Shown here one piece after another: positions 1-8,805 of a stretch of DNA of 64,000 nucleotides (position 1 is the first letter of the stretch; each line of letters opens with the position of its first letter). Location: NCBI GenBank assembly GCA_963664325.2, contig CAXXDQ010000003.1:576001-640000 (forward strand). Reading direction: 5' to 3'. The translations under genes and the position numbers were made by a program. The DNA comes from Desulfomonilia bacterium (GTDB lineage Bacteria > Desulfobacterota > Desulfomonilia > UBA1062). Below the pieces are notes generated by a model that saw only the letters and a list, made by a program, of their open reading frames with translations, was not told the DNA's origin and searched no databases.

Positions 1-94
1 GTGTAAAAAGGTTCTTTCGGGAAACTGATTTTATTAATTAATTTTTACCGGTTTTCATATCCGGCTGATTGATAAATTGAAAAGGAGGTCTGTA

Positions 95-1570
95 GTGTTA
101 AGATATAGTGTATTAATTTCAGTTTTCATTATTATGACAGCTTTATGCGGCTGCAACAGGATAACATCTGTTTCACCTGACACATCAAAGACAATAGTCA
201 TGAGCCCGGGCGAGATGAAAACTTTCTCTTTCACTAGCATTGCAAGCGGTCCTCTTGTACGGCAAAGATGGCATACTCCAACAGATGTTGATACGTTGCG
301 TTTTGGTTCCAGTGGAGCATATGTTTTTTGGCCGAATAAAAATAATATCGGGGAAAACTATATTTCATTCGATGTGCAGAGTTATCTTATTATAAGCATA
401 GTTCCCCCCATGGATAAGGTCTTGTGGAGTGACAGCCGAACTTGGACAGTAATTGTAAAAGGGGTTGAAGTAAAGCCATTTGAAAACAATGTCCCGGCAG
501 TCGGCAAATCCGTGGAATATACAGCCAAAGGATGGCCCGAAGGAAACTATGATTATACATGGGATCTTGATGGCAATGTTGTAGGCAGCGGTGACACTTA
601 TACATTTACACCGAGATTTGAGCAAATTGGCAGGCATACACTAAATGTCAAAGCAATCGGAGAAGGAAATGAATTTGAACATAAAAGGGAAATATATGTC
701 CCTTTATACGAATCTAATGGGCATTCTCTTTTCACTACTCTTGATGGTGGATATATTATCGGTGGGAGAAATGAGAACAATACTTGGTACACTGCTATTG
801 TTAAACTTGATTCCTATGGCCAGGAAGAATGGAGTTTCAAGGGGGATTATAACCCAGGGTATGTAATTCCAACTGCTGATCAAGGATATATCGGTATTGA
901 GAGAAATTATTATGACAATCCAGGATGTAATATAATAAAATATGATGGATCAGGTCATGTTCAATGGGTGAAAGAATATCCAGATTATCCAGCTCCATAT
1001 CTGATAAGGGAAGTATATAACAATGGTTATATAATAACGGGATATGGATATTCAGGGATTGAATATGAATCCTATATCTTGAAAATTGATGAATCGGGTG
1101 AGATTGAATGGTACAAATCAATTGATGGAATTGGAAAAGATATAGTACCCATGCAAGAAGACGGATATCTGGCAGTCGGTCCAAGAAGTCTGTTTTTTCT
1201 GGATTCAAATGGCAATGTCAAATCAAGTCGGGAGTTTTCAGAAGAAATACATTCTGCATGGCCTGATAAGGACTTTATAAAGATATTAGCTGGTAGTGAT
1301 TTGCTAATGAAATATTTTGATGACGGTACTGTTCAGAAAATAAAACTGCCGTGTATTATATCCGGAGGTGAACCCACCTCTGACGGCGGGCTTATCTGTA
1401 GGTCAAATTCCTTTATCACAAAATTAAATTCAATGAATAGGATAGAGTGGGAAAGAGAAATCCGTTCACCAGATTATGTTCATCAATGTGAAAACGGGAG
1501 TTATTTGATAAGCTGTGGGGATTGGGCTACCCCATATGTTATCCTGAAACTCGACGCAAACGGGAATTAG
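95..1570 (+). CDS. Lipoprotein: Ig-like N-domain + PKD/Ig-like domain + beta-propeller-like repeats
   Basis: ORF 77..1570; AAAGGAGG at 81-88 points to the in-frame GTG at 95; lipobox ALCGC; YTWDLDG...YTFTP Ig/PKD-like motif; repeated T-x-DGGY/W-x-K blades. Confidence 0.75.
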   Translation: MLRYSVLISVFIIMTALCGCNRITSVSPDTSKTIVMSPGEMKTFSFTSIASGPLVRQRWHTPTDVDTLRFGSSGAYVFWPNKNNIGENYISFDVQSYLIISIVPPMDKVLWSDSRTWTVIVKGVEVKPFENNVPAVGKSVEYTAKGWPEGNYDYTWDLDGNVVGSGDTYTFTPRFEQIGRHTLNVKAIGEGNEFEHKREIYVPLYESNGHSLFTTLDGGYIIGGRNENNTWYTAIVKLDSYGQEEWSFKGDYNPGYVIPTADQGYIGIERNYYDNPGCNIIKYDGSGHVQWVKEYPDYPAPYLIREVYNNGYIITGYGYSGIEYESYILKIDESGEIEWYKSIDGIGKDIVPMQEDGYLAVGPRSLFFLDSNGNVKSSREFSEEIHSAWPDKDFIKILAGSDLLMKYFDDGTVQKIKLPCIISGGEPTSDGGLICRSNSFITKLNSMNRIEWEREIRSPDYVHQCENGSYLISCGDWATPYVILKLDANGN

Positions 1571-1577
1571 CTGATTG

Positions 1578-1607
1578 CAGGCCAGGAGCATTCGCCTGGC
1601 CTGTTTT
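1578..1607 (+). terminator. Probable intrinsic terminator
   Basis: caggccagg-N8-cctggcctg stem followed by tttt, just after the stop codon at 1570. Confidence 0.6.
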
Positions 1608-1632
1608 GTAAATGAATGTAATTGGGGTCTAT

Positions 1633-3477
1633 ATGAAAATAAAAATAGTTTTATCGATGTGTGCTGTTTGTCTTATTTTTGCAGGCTGTGAACCTTTTGC
1701 AGTCCAAGACCCGGAATTGAACAAGGCCTGCACGACCTTGGAGCGGTTTATTGTCCAGCCGCACTCCGACATTGTGGAACTGCTCGCAGCCCAGGGGCTG
1801 ACGCCGGTCGGCAGTGTCACCATCGCTGATCCTGCAAGCGGTAAAATCTACACCGGTTATCTGGCCACTTTCGACGGCGCCTATTCGGAAGGCGCCAACG
1901 CTGCTAGCCAGCATATCGGGCCCCTGCCCAAATACTGTCTGGTGCTGTCAGGCAGTTCCTACTGCATGGGCTATCAGATGGGCTATCTCCTGCCGGCCCA
2001 GACCCAGCTCATGACAGGGAACTTCCTGGACAAGGCGGCCGAGGCGCTCACCAACGTCAAACGTACCGACTTCCCTAAATTCTATGACTTCTTCAAGAAC
2101 GAAGTTCGCAAGCTCTGCGAGGACGCACGGCCCGTGATCCCGGATTACCTCGAAGAGGAAATGGCCGGCATGGCTGCCGGGGCCACTGCGCATGGCTATG
2201 CAGTCGACGCCCGCGACATCATGCTCATGAACGAGGGCTTCGACGCCATGTATGCCATCCTTTCAACTGGCGTCCTTCCGAGCTTTCAGGAATTTGTGAA
2301 TCTCCTTGCCGGCAAACGTGCCCAGCTTGCCGCCGCCAAACAGACTGATGTCCTTAAGCGCATTGACGCCAGCTTGAGCGTTTCAGGCGGCCGGGTGCTC
2401 TTTCCCCGCGCCGATCCCTACATCATGGGCTGCAATGAGTTCATCGTCTCTGGCAATGCCACAGTTGGCGGTGCAGTCTATCACGGACGGGACTTCATGT
2501 TCGTCACCGGCGACATATACCAGGACACCTCCTGTGTGGCCGTCTATCTGCCCGAGCAGGGGCACCCATTCATCACTGTCACCACACCGGGATTCGTTGG
2601 CCACCCCACGGCGCTCAATGACCAGGGGCTTTCCATGGGCATGGACGTGGTTCGCGGGGCATGTACACGTCCGACCCCCGGCATGAGCTCCCTGTTTGTG
2701 TTGCGTGATATCGTCCAGAACAGCGCCGGCCTGGACGAGGCCGTGGCGCGCATGAAGGCCATGGACCGAGGCGTATCCTGGTTGTACGTCATCGCCGACG
2801 ATGAGCGTAGCGCCACATACACCAACGGTGTGGTAGTTGAGCAGGGCCGCAGTGATCCATCCTATACCGGGCCGGACCTCATGCCCTTCTGGAATCAGAT
2901 CCTGCTCTGGCCACTCATCATAAGGCTCAAGGGCCAACCTATGCCGGAGCGGGGCATTCTGGTCAGAGACCAGTCCTGGGTCTATCCGGATGTGTTCAAG
3001 AACGTCAGCATCGGGACGTTTAACGGCGATGACATGGATTACAAACTCTATTTTCCGGACCAGCTCGAGACCTGGCCGGATGTAGTTGTTGCAGGCAACC
3101 ACTATGTTATCCCGCGCATGGTCTTCACCACCTACAATCCGTTAATCGGACTCATAGGCGGAAAGATTGAGAAGACCGTATTCCGGTACAACAAGATGGT
3201 CGAACTCATTGGCAATGACTATGGCAAGGTTGATTACGCAAAGGCCCGTGAGATCATCGATTTTCTCAATCCCAATCGCGGAATCGATAATCTCAAGCGT
3301 TACAAGATTGGCGGGCCGGTAGAGGGCCATCACGCGATCATAGATAACAGATCGCGCACGGTGGAAGCCCTCTTCGGGTATTACGGCGACTGGGAGGGCG
3401 GAGTGGACGACGTCTGGGTCAAGCTGGACCTGAAGCCATTCGCGGCCTGGCTGTACTCCACAGAGAAAAGCAACTGA
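1633..3477 (+). CDS. Lipoprotein, C45/AAT-family Ntn-hydrolase (autoproteolytic acyltransferase/peptidase)
   Basis: Lipobox IFAGC; GYQMG motif; internal G-C-N-x-F...ATxGGxxYHGRDF (Cys nucleophile motif); ALNDQGL; visibly more GC-rich than neighbours. Confidence 0.75.
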   Translation: MKIKIVLSMCAVCLIFAGCEPFAVQDPELNKACTTLERFIVQPHSDIVELLAAQGLTPVGSVTIADPASGKIYTGYLATFDGAYSEGANAASQHIGPLPKYCLVLSGSSYCMGYQMGYLLPAQTQLMTGNFLDKAAEALTNVKRTDFPKFYDFFKNEVRKLCEDARPVIPDYLEEEMAGMAAGATAHGYAVDARDIMLMNEGFDAMYAILSTGVLPSFQEFVNLLAGKRAQLAAAKQTDVLKRIDASLSVSGGRVLFPRADPYIMGCNEFIVSGNATVGGAVYHGRDFMFVTGDIYQDTSCVAVYLPEQGHPFITVTTPGFVGHPTALNDQGLSMGMDVVRGACTRPTPGMSSLFVLRDIVQNSAGLDEAVARMKAMDRGVSWLYVIADDERSATYTNGVVVEQGRSDPSYTGPDLMPFWNQILLWPLIIRLKGQPMPERGILVRDQSWVYPDVFKNVSIGTFNGDDMDYKLYFPDQLETWPDVVVAGNHYVIPRMVFTTYNPLIGLIGGKIEKTVFRYNKMVELIGNDYGKVDYAKAREIIDFLNPNRGIDNLKRYKIGGPVEGHHAIIDNRSRTVEALFGYYGDWEGGVDDVWVKLDLKPFAAWLYSTEKSN

Positions 3478-3562
3478 GCCATATATGAATAATGAAAAGG
3501 TGAGGCAGGCAACTCCAGGCAGAAGTAATTAAAACATTAAATATTTAAGGAGGGTTGATATT

Positions 3563-5281
3563 ATGAAATCATTAACATTCGCAAAAAGGTTTATGGTTTT
3601 GGTGGCGGTGTCATGCCTGAGCATCTCTGTTGCCGGATGTGTTATTTCTTCGTCACCGGAGAACAAAACATTGACATTTGAACCAGGGGATAAAATGGAG
3701 TTCAGCGCAAAAGTGTCCAGTTCATGCTCAATGGTTACGTGGTATCTATCAGACAAGGATGAGCCGAACTATGGAAATATAACTTGGTATGATGAATTTC
3801 TACTCTTTGGAACTTCAAATATTTCGGTTATAGCTGAAGAGAGGTTTGCTGGTGAAAATATTGTTCACTTAGAAGTACGGGATTTTATTATTTTACCAAT
3901 ACCAACGGGAGGCCTCCCTTTTTACATTGAAATACCAGCAACTAACATATATTGGAAAGTTACAGTAAACGGTCTTGCAATAACCCCAAATCTTTACAAA
4001 TCAAATATTACTGTAGAACCCGGGAAGACTCAACATTTCGAGGCAGAGGCATATCCGAAGGGCGACTATCAATACTCATGGGTTTTTGATGGAGAGGTTA
4101 TCAGCAGCAATGATTCATTTGATTTCACCCCATCTTTCACTCAGACCGGCATTCATAAGCTGGAAATCAGTGCTGTATCGACTTCAAGAACTTTCAGCCG
4201 TCAGTTTGAAATTGCTGTTCCCCACAGGATAGTAGATCTCAATGGCTATAATAGTCAGTGTGTTTTATTAAAAGATGGAAGTTATGCAACCTGCAATAGT
4301 TCAGAATCAGGATGGGTATTATCAAAATTAAATTCAAACTTTATTATTGAATGGACGCAGGTGCTTGGAAATTATGATGACGCACCGTTCGTTGAACTCC
4401 TTAATGATGGGACCTTGATGGCAATATTTTCTGATCATATGGTTAAACTATCTGGTCAGGGGCAAATATTATGGGAAAAGGAATATCCAGCGTCTCTTGG
4501 GTCTATAATTTTTAAGGAAACTTCAGAAGGGAAATTTCTTCTGGCAAGCGACTCAAAAATTTACCTGCTGGACAACGACGGCCAGATCATCTGGGAGAAA
4601 GATACAAACGGACGAGTCAGCTCTATAGATATTATAGATGATGGAGGTTTTATAATAGGAGGACAATCAAATCGAACAGATATCCCAGGAACAGTAAATC
4701 ATGGAGGATATGACTGCTATATAGCGAAGATTGACAGTTCGGGAAATATTGAATGGGATAAGCTGTACGGCGGTTCAGGAGATGATGGTGTTTCTTCAGT
4801 AAAGAAAACCTCTGACGGTGGATATATCCTTGCCGGTTACTCTAATTCGACCGATCTAGGAACAATAGGTTATGGCGAACATGATATTTATATAATTAAA
4901 CTCGACCAGTACGGCGATATTGTCTGGCAAAGGCTCTATGGCGGGACAAATTGGGATGATGCGACTGATATAATACAAATCTCCGGCACAGGATATATGG
5001 TTTCAGGCAATTCATATTCAAAGGATATACCTGGGACAATATGGCTTGGGGCACATATGCAGGAAAAAACTGGAGAACGGACACATAGCAACGGGTTGAT
5101 AATGAAAATTGATGATAACGGTAATGTCATGCGCCAGACGCTTGTTGGGGGTATCGACAATGATTTACTGGAAAGCTTTATAATTGATCCCGATAACAAG
5201 ATTCTATTACCAGGAATTTTCTCAGGCGTCTCTTCAGGTTCAGAAAAAAAGGATGTTATTCTTGATCTGAGTAATTATTAA
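3563..5281 (+). CDS. Lipoprotein: Ig-like N-domain + PKD/Ig-like domain + beta-propeller-like repeats
   Basis: RBS aaggagg; lipobox VAGC-VISSSPE; YSWVFDGE; repeats such as W-x-K-x-YGGSGDD...TSDGGYILAG. Confidence 0.8.
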   Translation: MKSLTFAKRFMVLVAVSCLSISVAGCVISSSPENKTLTFEPGDKMEFSAKVSSSCSMVTWYLSDKDEPNYGNITWYDEFLLFGTSNISVIAEERFAGENIVHLEVRDFIILPIPTGGLPFYIEIPATNIYWKVTVNGLAITPNLYKSNITVEPGKTQHFEAEAYPKGDYQYSWVFDGEVISSNDSFDFTPSFTQTGIHKLEISAVSTSRTFSRQFEIAVPHRIVDLNGYNSQCVLLKDGSYATCNSSESGWVLSKLNSNFIIEWTQVLGNYDDAPFVELLNDGTLMAIFSDHMVKLSGQGQILWEKEYPASLGSIIFKETSEGKFLLASDSKIYLLDNDGQIIWEKDTNGRVSSIDIIDDGGFIIGGQSNRTDIPGTVNHGGYDCYIAKIDSSGNIEWDKLYGGSGDDGVSSVKKTSDGGYILAGYSNSTDLGTIGYGEHDIYIIKLDQYGDIVWQRLYGGTNWDDATDIIQISGTGYMVSGNSYSKDIPGTIWLGAHMQEKTGERTHSNGLIMKIDDNGNVMRQTLVGGIDNDLLESFIIDPDNKILLPGIFSGVSSGSEKKDVILDLSNY

Positions 5282-5330
5282 CCGTTAAAAAATTGAAGTG
5301 GGTTCTCACGAAAGTTATTGGAATGAAAGG

Positions 5331-5381
5331 GGGTCAGTCTCAACATTAAACAGCTTGTTGTCAATTGTTGAGACTCGACCC
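5331..5381. repeat. Palindromic GGGTCA...GACCC element
   Basis: gggtcagtctcaaca (5331-5345) is the reverse complement of tgttgagactcgaccc (5366-5381) apart from one bulged base. Confidence 0.6.
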
Positions 5382-5386
5382 TGGAG

Positions 5387-5560
5387 GAAATTGGCGGCAC
5401 GGTGGAGTGACATTGCGCGATCATAGATAACAGATCGCGCACGGTGGAAGCCCTCTTCGGGTATTACGGCGACTGGAATAATGGTGTTGAGGATGTCTGG
5501 GTGAAGATGGATATAAAACCCTTCGCAGATTGGTTTTACTCTACACAGCTCGGCGCTTAA
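5387..5560 (+). pseudogene. 3' remnant of a second C45 hydrolase copy
   Basis: Translates EIGGTVE*HCAIIDNRSRTVEALFGYYGDWNNGVEDVWVKMDIKPFADWFYST, matching the C-terminus of 1633..3477; 61 bp identical (3333-3393 = 5416-5476); TGA at 5408. Confidence 0.9.
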
Positions 5561-5610
5561 GAAATTTTATGAATCATGAAATGGCAAAATTTATAAGGGG
5601 GATTTTAATT

Positions 5611-5733
5611 ATGAAAACATCAACTTTGGCAAAAAGATTCATTGTTTTGGTTTATGCTTCATTTTTGAGCCTTTCCATAACGGGCTGTCTTATTTCTTCA
5701 TCACCTGAGAATAGTACAGGGAGGGTATCATGA
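5611..5733 (+). pseudogene. Truncated lipoprotein: signal peptide/lipobox only
   Basis: MKTSTLAKRFIVLVYASFLSLSITGCLISSSPEN closely parallels the N-terminus of 3563..5281, then ends overlapping the next start codon. Confidence 0.8.
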
Positions 5734-7322
5734 AAAAACAGTATTTATTGCTAGTTATCTTTGCCGTGTTGGCCGCATCAAGCGGCTGCGTAATCACTGC
5801 TACACCGGACCCTTCAAAACAAGTCACAATTAATACAGGCGAGGAAGTTGTTCTTAACATTGTATGTTCGAACTTTCTAGGTCTGGTCGGCTACAGATGG
5901 AATGTCTTTGAGGACGGCGAGGCGTTAAACCCGGTTTTGAATACAGATGGCCCGAATAAAAACAGGCAATATACATTTGCAACTGAAATCCCCGGCCGCT
6001 ACAAGATCATGGGTACTGCAATCCATTATGTCATTTCAAAGGATGTTCCCCCGATCGTTTTGTTCAAAGAGGTCTCGCGCGAGTCAAGGGAATGGGATGT
6101 TATTGTCAAAGGCGTCAGGATATCACCATTAAAAAGAAATCTTGTATTATATGGCAGTCCTAATGAGTTCAAGGCAACCGCCTATCCAGAAGGCAATTAC
6201 AGTTATGAATGGAAGCTTGACGGCAATATCGTTTCCTCTTCAGATACATGTAATATCTCTCCTGGCCTTTCTGATTCAGGCTGGCGCAGGCTCGAAGTAA
6301 GGGCCGTTTCAGAAAGCGCACAGTTTTCTGCCTTCAGAGAGATCCATCCTGCCAAGCTTCTTGCCGGTTCCTCCAAAATAGCTGGAATTGATACGACTGG
6401 TCATCTGGCGGTTAATGGCGGCAGGCTGATTAAATACGATTTGCAGGGGAGCATCGTGTGGGAATACACAAACGCAGAAATTGATTTGAGCAGATACGGT
6501 TCAATAATCAAGTCCACACCGGACGGAGGGTGTATTTTTTTAGGGAGTGACATTGATTTCAATTACAGGCTGGGAAAAATCGACGGCACCGGACAACTCA
6601 AATGGGAGACAGGGATGCTTGAAGTGTCAGATCCTTCCCTCAACGATATTATACCCGCATCAGACGGCGGAATCATTGCTGTTGGAAAGGCAGGAAACAC
6701 TATTAACAGCTATTATAAAGAAGGTATGGTTATCAAAATCGGTCCTGCAGGCAGCATTGAATGGACCAGCATGCTGGGAGATATTAATTCCCATGATGTT
6801 ATCCTTGCAGGCCAGGCTCCGAATGGTATTTGCTATCTTGTTTCAGATGAAGTCAACAAATCGTTGGTAATCGTTATCGATGGAAATGGTTTGGTTGTCA
6901 GAAGTACTGTTGTCAGCGAACCGCTTAACATTATCCGCATGGTCCCGACCTCAGACGGCGGATGCATAATTGCCGGTTATGACTGTGTGACCAAACTCGA
7001 TGCACTCCTTGAAGTACAGTGGAGCAGGAAGTTTTCAGAAGATTTACAAAACTGCTCCATTATCGACATCGTACAGGGATCAGCCGGCGGGTATGTCTTT
7101 CTCGGGAGCAAAAAACTGCTGTACCAGCCATACAGGTTTTCATACGGGGTGTTCGTCACAACAATTGATGAAGACGGTGACATTCTTGGTGAAAAAACTC
7201 CTTTCATTGTAGAGGAAACTTCCGGGGAACATGCTGATTATCTGAGACTGACGCCTGTAGATAACGGTTATTCCTTTGTTTATCACGATTACATGATAAG
7301 GCTGGATGGTTCAGGGGATTGA
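5730..7322 (+). CDS. Lipoprotein: Ig-like N-domain + PKD/Ig-like domain + beta-propeller-like repeats
   Basis: Lipobox SSGC-VITATP; YEWKLDGN; repeated TPDGGC/ASDGGI/TSDGGC blades. Confidence 0.8.
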   Translation: MKKQYLLLVIFAVLAASSGCVITATPDPSKQVTINTGEEVVLNIVCSNFLGLVGYRWNVFEDGEALNPVLNTDGPNKNRQYTFATEIPGRYKIMGTAIHYVISKDVPPIVLFKEVSRESREWDVIVKGVRISPLKRNLVLYGSPNEFKATAYPEGNYSYEWKLDGNIVSSSDTCNISPGLSDSGWRRLEVRAVSESAQFSAFREIHPAKLLAGSSKIAGIDTTGHLAVNGGRLIKYDLQGSIVWEYTNAEIDLSRYGSIIKSTPDGGCIFLGSDIDFNYRLGKIDGTGQLKWETGMLEVSDPSLNDIIPASDGGIIAVGKAGNTINSYYKEGMVIKIGPAGSIEWTSMLGDINSHDVILAGQAPNGICYLVSDEVNKSLVIVIDGNGLVVRSTVVSEPLNIIRMVPTSDGGCIIAGYDCVTKLDALLEVQWSRKFSEDLQNCSIIDIVQGSAGGYVFLGSKKLLYQPYRFSYGVFVTTIDEDGDILGEKTPFIVEETSGEHADYLRLTPVDNGYSFVYHDYMIRLDGSGD

Positions 7323-7387
7323 CTTCTAGCCAGGCAAACCAAGCCGGTTTGTTTTAAATAAAAGTTAAAAAAATTGGAGGTTGTATC

Positions 7388-8722
7388 ATGAAAAAAGGAA
7401 GATGGCTGGTATTTGGACTACTGGGAATGGTTCTGGCGGTTGGATTGTCCGGGTGCATTATCTCGACCTCTCCGGACTCCAGCAAAGTTATAGTAATGAA
7501 CCCGGGCGAAACAAAGGTTTTCAAGGTAAGCGGTGTGAATCTCAATACATCCATAACAAAATGTGTGTGGTCTATCCCCAGGAAGGATGGAAATCCTGCT
7601 GAAGTTTTTGAGAACACAGATCATGTAGAATTCACGGTTAATCCTGAAGGCGAAAAGTCTAACAGGGTGATAATAACTTGTGAATATTGGAGGTGGTTAT
7701 ATATGCCCCCTAGTCCTTTGATTGGTTCGGGTGGGTGGGGATGGGTTCCAACAGGCATAAGGACCTGGAACATCTGCGTACCTAGAGATACCGCGCCAGT
7801 CTGGCAGGGGAATTATTATATAACGGACAGCACAGATGTGCAGATGCTGAACGGCTACACTGAAATCACAGGTGTTTTAGATATCAGTAATAGTAATTTA
7901 AAGAGTCTGGAAGGGTTAGAAACCCTGACTAATATTGGTAGAGACTTGCAAATTTCTGATAATACCGCCTTAACAAGCCTGTCCGGTCTTGAGAACTTAA
8001 CATCGGTCGGTGGATACTTGGAGATTGGGAGTTATGGGGAGGGCAATCACGCCTTAAAAAGCCTGTCCGGTCTTGAGAACCTGACATCGGTTGGTAGTAC
8101 GCTGGACATTTGTAATAATGCCGCCTTAACGAGCCTGTCCGGTCTTGAGAACCTGACATCGGTTGGTAGTACGCTGGACATTTGTAATAATTACGCCTTA
8201 AAAAGCCTGTCCGGTCTTGAGAACATCACATCGGTTGGTGGAGACTTGTGTATTCAGTATAATTACGCCTTAAAAAGCCTGTCCGGTCTTGAGAACCTGA
8301 CATCGGTTGGTGGAAGCTTGTATATTGATGATAATGTCATCTTAACAAGTCTATCCGGTCTTGAGGGCTTAACATCGGTTGGTCGGGAGTTCTGTATTAG
8401 GACTAATGCCTTAACAAGCCTGTCCGGACTTGAGAACTTAACATCGGTTGGTTGCTTGGTTATCGGGGACAATGCCATCTTAAGAAGCCTGTCCGGGCTT
8501 GAGAACATAACATCGGTCGCTAGCTTGTCTATTTGGGGGAATCCCGCCTTAACGGCATTGGGAATGTCAGGCCTGCAAAGAGTTGATCGGGATTTCGTAA
8601 TAGAGGATAACCCCCTGCTTTGTACATCATTGGCCGAAGAACTTATGAACCAGGTCCTTGCAGGCGGAGGCATCGGCGGCACCATCTATATCAGCAACAA
8701 CAAGGAATGCACCACGCCATGA
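7388..8722 (+). CDS. Lipoprotein: Ig-like N-domain + receptor-L/LRR-like solenoid (about 9 x 24-aa repeats)
   Basis: RBS ggagg; lipobox LSGC-IISTSP; repeats LxSLSGLENLTSVGxxLxIxxNxA; C-cap NPLLC...NNKEC. Confidence 0.85.
   Translation: MKKGRWLVFGLLGMVLAVGLSGCIISTSPDSSKVIVMNPGETKVFKVSGVNLNTSITKCVWSIPRKDGNPAEVFENTDHVEFTVNPEGEKSNRVIITCEYWRWLYMPPSPLIGSGGWGWVPTGIRTWNICVPRDTAPVWQGNYYITDSTDVQMLNGYTEITGVLDISNSNLKSLEGLETLTNIGRDLQISDNTALTSLSGLENLTSVGGYLEIGSYGEGNHALKSLSGLENLTSVGSTLDICNNAALTSLSGLENLTSVGSTLDICNNYALKSLSGLENITSVGGDLCIQYNYALKSLSGLENLTSVGGSLYIDDNVILTSLSGLEGLTSVGREFCIRTNALTSLSGLENLTSVGCLVIGDNAILRSLSGLENITSVASLSIWGNPALTALGMSGLQRVDRDFVIEDNPLLCTSLAEELMNQVLAGGGIGGTIYISNNKECTTP
7900..8560 (+). repeat. 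Coding tandem repeat, about 72-bp period
   Basis: gcctgtccggtcttgagaacctgacatcggttgg recurs, e.g. at 8061 and 8133. Confidence 0.9.
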
Positions 8723-8740
8723 GGCGATAAAGAGACTGGG

Positions 8741-8774
8741 CACCGGCTCCCGGGCTTGACCCGGGGGCCGGGTG
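8741..8774 (+). repeat. GC-rich hairpin (REP-like core CCCGGGCTTGACCCGGG), possible terminator; copy 1
   Basis: caccggctcccggg-cttga-cccgggggccgggtg followed by tttt; same sequence at 9949-9982. Confidence 0.7.
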
Positions 8775-8805
8775 TTTTGAATTAAAAATCAGTTTGGAGG
8801 AACCA

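Noticed and set aside
5408-5410. Selenocysteine readthrough at the in-frame TGA
   Set aside because: The codon aligns with Gly in the intact paralog and the fragment lacks the rest of the gene, so it is a nonsense mutation.
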